DNA from: an uncultured Spirochaetaceae bacterium
GTDB taxonomy: Bacteria; Spirochaetota; Spirochaetia; SZUA-6; DRHE01
DNA: 53,297 bases
Direction: 5' to 3'
NCBI GenBank assembly: GCA_964514815.1
Contig: CAZERV010000004.1
Coordinates: 1-53,297, forward strand
The notes under the pieces are model-generated. The model saw nothing but the letters and a program-made list of their open reading frames with translations. It was not told the DNA's origin and ran no database searches. Of the stretch, positions 43,901-51,771 are shown in pieces. Within the stretch, counting starts at the first letter, position 1; each line of letters opens with the position of its first letter. A program made the position numbers and the translations under genes.

Positions 43901-45496
43901 GCCAAAACGCTCCCCCATGTCGTTTTTTCGGAAGACAACCTCTATACCTGCTCGTCAGACACCCAGGTGATAATAAGAGAAAAGATCGAGGAGTTCAATC
44001 TCAACAGGGTCGTGGTGTCTTCCTGTTCGCCTCGAACGCATGAGCCCCTCTTCCAGGATACGATCCGGGAGGCGGGATTGAACCCTCACCTCTTTGAGAT
44101 GGCGAATATCAGGGACCAATGCTCCTGGGTCCACATGCATGAAAAAGAGGCCGCCACGGCCAAGTCAAAGGACCTGGTCCGCATGGCGGTTACCAAGGTG
44201 GCCCTTACCGAGCCCCTCAAGTCCATCTCCCTCCAGGTAACCCGGAAGGCGCTGGTCGTCGGCGGCGGGGTTGCCGGCCTGACGGCCGCTTTATCGATTG
44301 CCGACCAGGGCTTCGAGGTGTTCCTGGTCGAGAAGACGGAAAGGCTCGGCGGAAACGCCCTCAATATCGATCGCAGCCTCGAAGGCCACGATGTGGCTTC
44401 TTATATGAGGGACCTTATAGAAAGGGTGGAGAAACATAAGCTGATCAAGATCTTTACCGGCTCGCATCTTTCCAGGGTGGACGGATTCATAGGCAACTTC
44501 AAGTCGGCCATCGAGACCGGGACCGGAAACGGCCGGAAAAAAGTGGAAGTTACGGAAATCGAGCACGGCGTCGCCGTGGTGGCCACCGGCGGGGTTGAAA
44601 GTAAGCCGGAAGAGTATCTCTACGGAAAGAGCGGCAGCGTAAAGACTCTCCTCGAGCTCAATAAAGAGATCGGGACCGGGGGCTTTACCGTGCCGGACAG
44701 GGTGGTCATGATCCAGTGCGTGGGCTCCCGGGAGTCGGGCCACCCGTACTGCAGCCGGTTGTGCTGCACCGGCGCGGTAAAGAATGCAATTCGCCTGAAA
44801 GAGACCAACCCCGGCGCCGAGATCTTCATTCTTTACCGGGACATCCGCACCTACGGGTTCAGGGAAAAGTACTACACCAAAGCCCGGGAGATGGGGATCA
44901 ACTTTATCCGGTACGACCTGGACCGGAAACCCGTGGTAACGCCGGACGGGGATAAGGTCCGGGTGAGCATATACGATCCCATTCTGGGGGCCGAGCTCGA
45001 GATCCCGGCGGACCTGCTCGTCTTGAGCTCAAGGATCGACCCCAATTCGGGCAATTACAATCTGTCTCAGCTCTTCAAGGTGCCTCTGAACAGCGACAAG
45101 TTTTTTCTGGAAGCCCATGTAAAGTTGAAGCCCGTCGAGTTCGCCACAGACGGCGTTTATGTGTGCGGACTGGCCCACTATCCCAAGGACGTTAAAGAGT
45201 CGATCTCCCAGGCCAGGGCCGCCGCCGGCAGGGCGGCCACTATCTTAAGCAGGGATTCGATCGAGGCGGCGGGAAAGATCTCCTATGTGAACGAAAAACG
45301 CTGCAACGGCTGCGCCGCCTGTGTCACGGTCTGCGCCTACAACGCCATCACCCTCGATGAGGAGAGGGGAGTGGCGGTGATCAATGAGGCACTCTGCAAA
45401 GGGTGCGGGGCCTGTGCAGCCACCTGCCGCGGCTCTGCCATCATGCTTCACGGTTATGAGGATGCCCAGATCCTCGAGATACTCGATGCGGTGTAG
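40985..45496 (+). CDS. 1503-aa fusion: HdrA module with an inserted GltD/NfnB-like NAD(P)H flavoprotein, followed by a second complete HdrA module
   Basis: aa 10-125 form an HdrA FAD fold plus ferredoxin (VIGAGIAGIQASLDLA, CSGCGECEKVCP). aa ~160-650 are glutamate-synthase-beta-like (CPAGCNAHGY, ICGRVCGFCEDEC, IIGSGPAGLTAA, VIGGGNTAIDA). aa ~650-930 hold the rest of the first HdrA module (FIQCAGSRD...YCSSVCC). aa ~945-1503 form a second HdrA module (VFVCHCGKNIGG, VVGGGVAGLTAA, IQCVGSRE...YCSRLCC, and two C-terminal CxxCxxCxxxC motifs). Confidence 0.85.
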   Translation: MAENTRNGKIGSVMVIGAGIAGIQASLDLADSGYKVSLVEKSPTIGGIMTQLDKTFPTNDCSMCIVSPKLVDCARHINIDLYPLSEVEEVSGEPGNFKARIKVRTRYIDESKCSGCGECEKVCPVVRLSEFDLGLATRKAVYRPLPQATPNVFTIEKKEISPCTAACPAGCNAHGYVALIRERKFKEAIELIRERIPLPAICGRVCGFCEDECNRANVDEAISIRALKRFAADYEMTIKDSEEAREESRLEKVSEAAAPAEPAPEADSRVDPAGEKKKVAIIGSGPAGLTAAYDLAKQGFAPVIFEALPEPGGMLRYGIPAYRLPDDILDHEIEVIKKTGVEIKTGSPLGPELTLKALFKQGFKAIFIAIGTHKSRALRTEGEDLKGVIPGVDFLRAVNSEKAPSAVKGKTVAVIGGGNTAIDAVRSALRLGARDAFIVYRRSRDQMPVSIEELEAAEEEGIRLNFLLAPLRIEGSGGRVSRLVCSRMRLGSPDASGRRRPVPIEGEAKAFAVDIVIPALGQTVDYSLLNSGVGDLATEKDLIKIDPVSLETNIPGVFAGGDAAGSGGFVVHAIAHGHKAAVSIERCLRGENLHKDREEAPIHTAEMPEHPERKKPAVEIPLLKAKERTGSFAEMELGFTEEQAVEEAKRCLDCGICCRCLQCVAACEAKAIDHDLEDKIVELNVGSILFSPGCEPADLSRLHRLGYGKYGDMITSLQFERILSASGPYSGHIQRPSDGKEPKRIAFIQCAGSRDNVNDYCSSVCCMYALKEAIIAREHDEEIHCEIFFMDIRAYGKGFDAYYERAKDLGIGFIHCRPAEIEAKEVDGSLRIGYVDEESIYQTMEFDLVVLSAGFEPPSGSKDLARKLGISLDDNGFALTKPLDAVASTREGIFVLGPFSEPKDIPETVTEASSASACAMAYLAESRGTEVRELELPPERDVAGEPPRIGVFVCHCGKNIGGIVNVPAVAEYAKTLPHVVFSEDNLYTCSSDTQVIIREKIEEFNLNRVVVSSCSPRTHEPLFQDTIREAGLNPHLFEMANIRDQCSWVHMHEKEAATAKSKDLVRMAVTKVALTEPLKSISLQVTRKALVVGGGVAGLTAALSIADQGFEVFLVEKTERLGGNALNIDRSLEGHDVASYMRDLIERVEKHKLIKIFTGSHLSRVDGFIGNFKSAIETGTGNGRKKVEVTEIEHGVAVVATGGVESKPEEYLYGKSGSVKTLLELNKEIGTGGFTVPDRVVMIQCVGSRESGHPYCSRLCCTGAVKNAIRLKETNPGAEIFILYRDIRTYGFREKYYTKAREMGINFIRYDLDRKPVVTPDGDKVRVSIYDPILGAELEIPADLLVLSSRIDPNSGNYNLSQLFKVPLNSDKFFLEAHVKLKPVEFATDGVYVCGLAHYPKDVKESISQARAAAGRAATILSRDSIEAAGKISYVNEKRCNGCAACVTVCAYNAITLDEERGVAVINEALCKGCGACAATCRGSAIMLHGYEDAQILEILDAV

Positions 45497-45509
45497 GAGT
45501 TGAATCGCC

Positions 45510-45938
45510 ATGGAAAAGAAGAGTAATTGGGAGCCGAAGATCGTCGCCTTTCTCTGCAACTGGTGCTCCTATGCGGGAGCGGACCTGGCCGGGGTAAGTC
45601 GCCTGCAGTACGGGGCGAACGTCCGGGTCATCAGGGTGCCCTGTTCCAGCCGGATCAACCCGCTCTATCTCGTCAGGGCCCTGCAGAACGGCATCGACGG
45701 GGTCCTGGTCTCCGGGTGCCACCCCGGGGACTGCCACTATATCAGCGGCAATTTCGTGGCCAGGAGGAAGTTCTCCCTCATGAAAAACTTCCTGACCTAT
45801 GTCGGGGTGGAGCCGGAGCGGATCCAATTTTCCTGGGTCTCCGCGTCCGAGGGGAACCGCTTCGCGGCCCTGATCAACAAGGTGATCGCCGATGTGAAGA
45901 AAGTCGGGCCGGCGAAAAAGCTGGTCAAGGATTGTTAG
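45510..45938 (+). CDS. mvhD: MvhD/FloxD-like subunit
   Basis: 142 aa with IVAFLCNWCSYAG, IRVPCSSRI and LVSGCHPGDCHY motifs. Confidence 0.85.
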   Translation: MEKKSNWEPKIVAFLCNWCSYAGADLAGVSRLQYGANVRVIRVPCSSRINPLYLVRALQNGIDGVLVSGCHPGDCHYISGNFVARRKFSLMKNFLTYVGVEPERIQFSWVSASEGNRFAALINKVIADVKKVGPAKKLVKDC

Positions 45939-45947
45939 TCTGAAGTT

Positions 45948-47000
45948 ATGGAAAGCATAGAGAAGAAGATACGGGAAATAGCGAAGGACCTTTTTGCCGG
46001 CGGCAAAATCGACCTTTTCATCGGCTACGAGAGAGGCACCGTCCCCCTTATGAGCCGACCCTCTTTCATTCACCTTAAAGAGGTAAAACCGGAAGACTCC
46101 CTGGACAGGCTGGTCTGGAACTCTTTCTGCGCCAATAACCTGGCTGTCTTTCTGCCTAAGCTATTCGAGCGAGATCCTTTAAGCAGGAAAAAAGAAGAGG
46201 CAAAACCCAGGATCGGAATCGTGGTCAAAGGCTGCGACCTCCGCTCGATCGCGGCCCTGATGAAGGAAAAGCAGGTCCCAAGAGATAATGTGGTCCTGGT
46301 GGGAGTCCCCTGCCGGGGCATGATCGACCGGAGGAAGGTGGAAGATATGCTCTCGGGGGAAGAGGTCGCGGATTATCGGGAAAGCGCGGCAGGCGTCTTG
46401 AGCGTTACTACCAGGAAGGGCAGGAAAGAGAGCCTGAAGCGGGAAGATATCCTTCAAGAGGCCTGCCTCGAGTGCCGTTATCCCGTGCCTGAAAAGAAGT
46501 CTGCCGGCCAGGACGGTAAATATGTCCTCGAGGCAAACGATTACCTGGTTGAAGGGGTAGCCAGGAAGCCCGGGAACGGCGGCTACGGGCGTATAAGTGA
46601 GTTTGAATCGAGGTCACCCGAGGAGCGCTGGGAATATTTTAAGAAGGAAATAGCGAAATGCATTCGCTGCAATGCCTGCCGGCAGGCCTGCCCCACCTGT
46701 TACTGCAAGGAGTGCTTTGCTGAGCAGACCGACCTTCGCTGGATCGGGGTCAGCACCGAGCTAACGGATGCCATGATCTTTCACCTGATCAGAATATTTC
46801 ACCAGGCCGGAAGATGCGTGGAATGCGATGCCTGCTACCGGGCCTGCCCGATGGGAGTGGACCTGAGGACCTTTACCAGGAAGATGGTGAAAGATGTGGA
46901 CGAGCTCTTTGGCTATCTTCCGGACTTTTCCCTGGAAGAGATTCCGCCGATCTCCACTTTCAAAGAGGATGACCGCGAAACGTTTATTACCGAGCCGTGA
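45948..47000 (+). CDS. Fe-S oxidoreductase subunit (Flox/HydB-like 4Fe-4S dicluster protein)
   Basis: 350 aa with CIRCNACRQACPTCYCKEC and CVECDACYRACP motifs, adjacent to AsrA/AsrB-like genes. Confidence 0.6.
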   Translation: MESIEKKIREIAKDLFAGGKIDLFIGYERGTVPLMSRPSFIHLKEVKPEDSLDRLVWNSFCANNLAVFLPKLFERDPLSRKKEEAKPRIGIVVKGCDLRSIAALMKEKQVPRDNVVLVGVPCRGMIDRRKVEDMLSGEEVADYRESAAGVLSVTTRKGRKESLKREDILQEACLECRYPVPEKKSAGQDGKYVLEANDYLVEGVARKPGNGGYGRISEFESRSPEERWEYFKKEIAKCIRCNACRQACPTCYCKECFAEQTDLRWIGVSTELTDAMIFHLIRIFHQAGRCVECDACYRACPMGVDLRTFTRKMVKDVDELFGYLPDFSLEEIPPISTFKEDDRETFITEP

Positions 47001-48061
47001 AGAAAATAGCAAAGGATATCAGGAATATGCAGCAGGGAGTAATTAAGAAGCGGGACCTGGGCAAATTGATCGCCGCGGTTACCGCTGCCTCATCCGGGCG
47101 CCGGGTGAGGGTATATGCCCCGGTAGAGGGAGAAACCGGCGTTGAGCTCAGGGAAGTTACTGCGAATACGGAAATCACCTTTGACTACGCAAATTCGAAG
47201 CTCTCAGGGAAGGGAGTCTTCTTTCCCCAGCGGGAAGTGCTTTGCACCTTCCACAATGATAGCCTCGAAGAGGTGCCCTTGATCGAGGACAGTCTGGTAG
47301 TCTTCGGCATCAGGCCCTGCGATGCTCTCTCCTTCAAGCTCCTCGATAAGATCTTTTTCAATAGTACAAGCAGGTTCAAGGACCCTTACTACCTGAAGCG
47401 CAGGGAAAACTCGCTCATTATCGCCCTGGCCTGCCGAGAGCCGGCTGCCACCTGTTTCTGTACGTCGGTCGGCGGAAGTCCGGCCGGAAAAGAGGGCGCC
47501 GACATTTTGGCCCATGAGCTGGGAGACAAGCTGCTCCTGGAAGCCTGCTCGGAGAAAGGCAGTGGTTTCATGAAGGTAATTTCCGAGCTCCTCCGGGAAC
47601 CAGAAGAATCCGATCTTACCGAGTCTTCCGAGCAGAACGTGAAGGCCGGGGAGAGACTCTCCTCACTCGCTTTAAGCGGCATAAAAGAGAAGCTCGATAA
47701 GAGCTTCGAAGAGCCGGACTGGGATGCGGTAACCGTGACCTGCCTGGGCTGCGGCGCCTGCACCTATCTCTGCCCGACCTGTCACTGCTTCGATATCACC
47801 GATGAGGAGAACGGAAGGAGAGAGGGCTGCCGGCTCCGGAGCTGGGATTCCTGCCAGTATCCTCTCTTTACGCTTCATGCCTCAGGCCATAATCCGCGGG
47901 TCAACAAGAAGCAGAGAATGCGGCAGAGGATCATGCATAAATACTCCTACACGGTGGAAAACAGCGGCGACATCTTCTGCGTGGGCTGCGGGCGCTGCAT
48001 TACTTACTGTCCCGTGAACCTGGATATCAGGGATATTCTCAATACTTTTGCAAGGAAATGA
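46997..48061 (+). CDS. AsrA / sulfhydrogenase-beta (HydB)-like Fe-S subunit
   Basis: 354 aa with CREPAATCFC, CLGCGACTYLCPTCHCFD and CVGCGRCITYCP motifs. It uses a GTG start overlapping the upstream stop. Confidence 0.65.
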   Translation: MKKIAKDIRNMQQGVIKKRDLGKLIAAVTAASSGRRVRVYAPVEGETGVELREVTANTEITFDYANSKLSGKGVFFPQREVLCTFHNDSLEEVPLIEDSLVVFGIRPCDALSFKLLDKIFFNSTSRFKDPYYLKRRENSLIIALACREPAATCFCTSVGGSPAGKEGADILAHELGDKLLLEACSEKGSGFMKVISELLREPEESDLTESSEQNVKAGERLSSLALSGIKEKLDKSFEEPDWDAVTVTCLGCGACTYLCPTCHCFDITDEENGRREGCRLRSWDSCQYPLFTLHASGHNPRVNKKQRMRQRIMHKYSYTVENSGDIFCVGCGRCITYCPVNLDIRDILNTFARK

Positions 48062-48918
48062 CCGCGGAGCTAGTTATGGAAAATCCTTACCTGCCGTATC
48101 CGGTAAAAATTGACGATATCATCATCGAGAACGACGCCAAGGACCTCAAGACCTTCAAGCTGGTCTTTGAGAGGGAAGAAGACAGAAAGAGGTTCTCCTA
48201 CCTGCCGGGCCAGTTCGCCGAGGTCTCCGTTTTCGGCAAGGGAGAGTCTCCCTTCGGCATCGCCTCGTCTCCCACCGAAGAAGAATACCTGCTCTTCACG
48301 GTGAAGCGGATGGGGACCCTGACCAGGGAGCTCCACATATCCGAAACAGGCCGGAAAGTAGGGGTCCGCGGCCCCCTGGGCAACCCCTTTCCCTGGGAGC
48401 GCCTTAAAGGAAAGAATATCGTGATTGTCTCGGGTGGGTTTGCCTTTACCACCCTGCGCTCGGCCATCACCTATATGCTGGACAAAAAGCACCGGGAGCA
48501 GTTCGGAAACATAACCGCAGTCTACGGGGCTCGTGACCCGGGCGAGCTCTTGTACAAGAATGTGCTTCAGGGCTGGGAGGCGAGCGGCAATATCGACCTC
48601 ATCCTCACGGTCGACCGGGAGCCGAACAACGGTTGGCGCGGGAAGGTCGGCCTGGTCCCCAATATCGTAAAAGAGGTTTGTCCGAGCTCGGAAAATGCCA
48701 TCGCCTTAGTCTGCGGGCCTCCCATCATGATCCGCTTTACGGTCCCTGTCTTACTGGAGCTGGGATTCGATAAAAAGGATATTATTCTCTCCCTGGAAAA
48801 CAGGATGAAATGCGGCATTGGAAAGTGCGGCAGATGCAATATAGGGGCCAGGTATGTATGCCTGGACGGCCCCGTATTTACCTATGCCGAGTTGGAACGC
48901 CTTCCCGCCGAGTATTGA
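48058..48918 (+). CDS. AsrB / HydG / PyrK-like FAD-NAD(P)-binding subunit with a C-terminal [2Fe-2S] (FloxA-like)
   Basis: 286 aa with PGQFAEV, RMGTLT and a C-terminal CGIGKCGRCNIG...C cluster motif. Confidence 0.8.
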   Translation: MTAELVMENPYLPYPVKIDDIIIENDAKDLKTFKLVFEREEDRKRFSYLPGQFAEVSVFGKGESPFGIASSPTEEEYLLFTVKRMGTLTRELHISETGRKVGVRGPLGNPFPWERLKGKNIVIVSGGFAFTTLRSAITYMLDKKHREQFGNITAVYGARDPGELLYKNVLQGWEASGNIDLILTVDREPNNGWRGKVGLVPNIVKEVCPSSENAIALVCGPPIMIRFTVPVLLELGFDKKDIILSLENRMKCGIGKCGRCNIGARYVCLDGPVFTYAELERLPAEY

Positions 48919-48944
48919 AAATATTATAGGAGAGGACCGGCGCC

Positions 48945-49157
48945 GTGGGGAAATGGGCCAGCGTTGATTTCAAAACCTGCGATCCCGCGGAATGCGATCA
49001 AAACGGCGGGACATGCCCGGCTTCAAAAGCCTGTACCCACAAGCTGCTCTTGCAGGAGGCGCCGGGCGAAGGGCCGATGCTCATTTCCATGAAAATGTGC
49101 GTCGGCTGCGGAGACTGCGTGAAGGCATGCCCGCTGGGCGCGATAAAGATAGAATAA
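48945..49157 (+). CDS. Small ferredoxin-like protein
   Basis: 70 aa with CVGCGDCVKACP plus an upstream Cys-rich segment (CDPAECD...CPASKAC). It uses a GTG start, and the stop overlaps the next start (TAATG). Confidence 0.5.
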   Translation: MGKWASVDFKTCDPAECDQNGGTCPASKACTHKLLLQEAPGEGPMLISMKMCVGCGDCVKACPLGAIKIE

Positions 49158-49759
49158 TGTTTCAAGCTAACGGTGAGCCCTGGGAGGAAAAACTCTGGAA
49201 GGAGCTCCGCGGTCTGAACCCCGAAGAGGTGTGCGTCCGGGCCGCGGTGCGTTACGAGCAGGCCTTTTACTCGGTCCTGTTTATGGACCGGGAGTACCGG
49301 GTCTACCCGGCAGAGGTTAGGGTGGAAGGGGACTTTCTGGCGGCCGATCCCGAGTTACGACTGCTCCTTATAACCTACCTGGTCTCGGCCAAAGACCTGC
49401 CTCCGGCCGGGACCTGGGTCTCGGAGAAGAGCCTTAAAGGTGGGAGCATGTTCTTCCAGGGGCCTCATAAGCTTCCAGGCGGCCCCATTTTAAAGCGCTT
49501 CGGGAGAAACCCGGAGATGTTTCTATACGCGGGTGAGGCCCTGGGCGGGAAGAGAATAAACTATGGAGATGCCGCCCTGGAGTTCCGGGCCCTGCCGAGG
49601 GTGCCCCTGGCCTGCGTGTTGTGGGCGGCAGATGAGGAGTTTCCGGCCGGGGTGAATTTTCTTTTCGACCCAACTATTGAGTCTCATTTCCCGCTGGATG
49701 TTATTTTGGCCCTGGTTCACTCCGTGGTGAGGAGACTCGCAGAAACGGAAGGAAACTGA
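49157..49759 (+). CDS. DUF3786-like protein
   Basis: 200 aa. The start is set at MFQANG, because the longer ORF from 48992 overlaps the ferredoxin gene out of frame. The family call is from memory of the typical sequence pattern (LW..L..L.P..V..R, FLFD). Confidence 0.5.
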   Translation: MFQANGEPWEEKLWKELRGLNPEEVCVRAAVRYEQAFYSVLFMDREYRVYPAEVRVEGDFLAADPELRLLLITYLVSAKDLPPAGTWVSEKSLKGGSMFFQGPHKLPGGPILKRFGRNPEMFLYAGEALGGKRINYGDAALEFRALPRVPLACVLWAADEEFPAGVNFLFDPTIESHFPLDVILALVHSVVRRLAETEGN

Positions 49760-49827
49760 TCTGCACCAGGAGGCCGGCCCTCGCAGGCGGTTAGCGCTTC
49801 CCTGCTTCCAGCTCCTTTTTCTTCTTA

Positions 49828-49856
49828 TTCAGGATAGCGATGTGTTTGAGCTCCTA
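49828..49856 (+). repeat. 29-bp direct repeat, left copy
   Basis: TTCAGGATAGCGATGTGTTTGAGCTCCTA matches 53207-53235 at 27 of 29 positions. It includes the GTG start of the DUF45-like gene. Confidence 0.8.
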
Positions 49857-50423
49857 ATCGATCAGAGCATCGATCTTTTCCCTGCCGAGCGGGCCGGCCA
49901 CCGCTTTCTTCATGGTAAAGAATACAAAGACGGTGATATTCTTTCTGTTGACAATAAGAAGTACGTGCTGCGGATAACCTACAAAGACAAGAAATCCAGT
50001 TCTGCGCGAATCAACGATAATGAAGTGCGTCTTTGCATTTCGTCCAATTTCAGACGCGAGCTACTTGCCAAGCACATTTCTACGCTGTTGAGTCGTTGTC
50101 TCGCTCACGAGAGTCTCCCCAGCCTCAAACAACGAATAGTAGATATAAATCGAAGGCATTTCAGGCAGAAGTTTGGCGGTATATTCTTCAAGTACAACAA
50201 ATCGACTTGGGGCAGTTGCTCCTCAAAGGGAAACATCAACATCTCTACACGTCTCCTCTTTGCCCCCGATGATGTATTGGAATACGTCTGTACTCACGAA
50301 CCGGCACATCTTATTGAAAGAAACCATTCCAGAAGGTTCTGGACGTTGGTGCAAAAGGCGGTGCCTCACTATCAAGAACAGCGGAATTGGCTCAAGGAAA
50401 ACGAGAACCGCTGTTGGTTCTGA
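49842..50423 (+). CDS. YgjP-like metallopeptidase (DUF45 / M48-like)
   Basis: 193 aa with the zincin motif HEPAHLIERNHSRRFW. It uses a GTG start. Confidence 0.7.
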   Translation: MFELLIDQSIDLFPAERAGHRFLHGKEYKDGDILSVDNKKYVLRITYKDKKSSSARINDNEVRLCISSNFRRELLAKHISTLLSRCLAHESLPSLKQRIVDINRRHFRQKFGGIFFKYNKSTWGSCSSKGNINISTRLLFAPDDVLEYVCTHEPAHLIERNHSRRFWTLVQKAVPHYQEQRNWLKENENRCWF

Positions 50424-50603
50424 GCTGGAGGAACTGTTGGCACTTTGGCATGGGCCATCTCTCCGTATCACGCCGTTTCATCCTTACAGGATTTAGCCCA
50501 GGCGGCGCTCGATTTCGAAACCGAACGATCCCTCAAACTTAAACCGAGCGATTTCTTCATATTTCCTACCTCTTAGTGCACTATACAGGCTTTTCGGGTG
50601 GTA

Positions 50604-50870
50604 TCATAAGTCAGCACCTTTGTGTGGCTTAAGCAGCAGCCTTTTTAATGAGATTTGATGTGTTTTTGTATGATTTTTCTGGAGGAACGGTAGAATCAAA
50701 TTATAAGTTTTGCTATCATTCAGATCCCGTGTGGGCCGGAAGTCGAGGATCCCGCTTTCGGTAATGATCCCGGCACCACTGATAGCCACCAGGTAGCGGC
50801 TGGAACGATTGTGACCGTTAGGGTTGGAAACAAGCCGTGCTGAGTATCTTGGTGTAGGCCGGAGCGGCGG
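50604..50870 (-). pseudogene. Truncated SIR2 (sirtuin)-family remnant
   Basis: The open frame reads ...SSRYLVAISGAGIITESGILDFRP, matching the sirtuin NAD-binding signature GAGxSxxSGIPDFR. The frame closes about 60 aa later, far short of a full SIR2 domain. Confidence 0.35.
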
Positions 50871-51185
50871 TTAATAATACTTAACTGCCATGCCTGGCAC
50901 TCCATGGGTGCTACGCTTGGGTGGTCTAGTCGAGAAGTGATTGTATATGAGACAGTTTCAGACCCTCTTCAAAATACTCTCAGTTTGGGACATAATTGGG
51001 AAGAGAAATGGGCAATTCACGAACCAGGTTCGTTTATTCTGCCCCTCTGGGCGTGTCTGTGAACTCTGGTACAGGAATTCTCTAGTTATGCGCAATGCTG
51101 GGCTGGGCAATGTATTAAACGCAGAACTAGTTGTCGGACCAATCGGTTTCAATATATGCTTAGACAATAAGCGTTGGAGATGCCA

Positions 51186-51410
51186 ATGAACTATAGGGAT
51201 AGAATCGGACTTAATCCAGATATAATGCTCGGAAAACCAACCATAAAAGGAACGCGGATAACTGTTGAGCTTATTCTACGGAAACTTGCTGAGGGGGCTA
51301 GCGAGAGAGAGTTGCTCGAAGCCTATCCTCATCTGGAACGAGCAGACGTCCTTGCGGCTCTTTCTTACGGTGCGGATGTGATCTCGAAAGAGGAGATGAT
51401 TGTCGGCTGA
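51186..51410 (+). CDS. DUF433 domain protein (putative antitoxin)
   Basis: About 74 aa with GKPTIKGTRITVELIL...YP.L...DV.AAL, typical of DUF433. Alternative starts lie at 51174 and 51180. Confidence 0.7.
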   Translation: MNYRDRIGLNPDIMLGKPTIKGTRITVELILRKLAEGASERELLEAYPHLERADVLAALSYGADVISKEEMIVG

Positions 51411-51756
51411 GTTCCTTGCAGATGAAAACGTAGACACCCGAATCATTAAGCACTTGCGCGCCTGCGGCATTCAGGTTCATTCTGCAAGGGAAGACTACCG
51501 CGGATCTTCAGACAAGCAGGTGCTTCGAATTTCGAGGCAGCTTGATTGCATACTGATTACCGAGGACAGCGATTTCGGCGAGTGGATTTTTGCTCATCAG
51601 GAGAAAGCTAGCGGTGTATTATTTCTCAGGTATCCACATGATGAAATGCGGCAGATTGCCGCGGCAATCGCTGATTTTATCCAAAGACGCGGCGATACGT
51701 TGCGGGGCAAGTTCGCGACTATCACAACTAGGAAAATAAGAATTAGGGAAATCTGA
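51400..51756 (+). CDS. DUF5615 family PIN-like protein (putative toxin)
   Basis: 118 aa with FLADENV at the N-terminus and ILITEDSDFGE. It uses a TTG start overlapping the DUF433 stop by 11 nt. Confidence 0.65.
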   Translation: MSAEFLADENVDTRIIKHLRACGIQVHSAREDYRGSSDKQVLRISRQLDCILITEDSDFGEWIFAHQEKASGVLFLRYPHDEMRQIAAAIADFIQRRGDTLRGKFATITTRKIRIREI

Positions 51757-51771
51757 TAGCCGTCCAGCACT

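Noticed and set aside
48992-49156. N-terminal extensions of several track ORFs. Examples are 48992 for the DUF3786 gene, 29251 for the second TusA, 36761 for the second HdrA-like gene, 40416 for HdrC, 22952 for the ThiS-like gene, 10354 for the helical protein and 18709 for Fic.
   Set aside because: The extensions overlap the preceding gene out of frame or precede the predicted promoter. They are Arg/Gly-rich and lack an RBS. Internal ATG starts with good Shine-Dalgarno sequences or 4-nt stop/start overlaps fit better.
35622-49157. Possible selenocysteine (in-frame TGA) recoding in the HdrA or MvhD genes, as seen in some anaerobes.
   Set aside because: All Hdr/Mvh-like ORFs are continuous, with the conserved Cys positions encoded as Cys. 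No gene pair looks like one protein split at a TGA.
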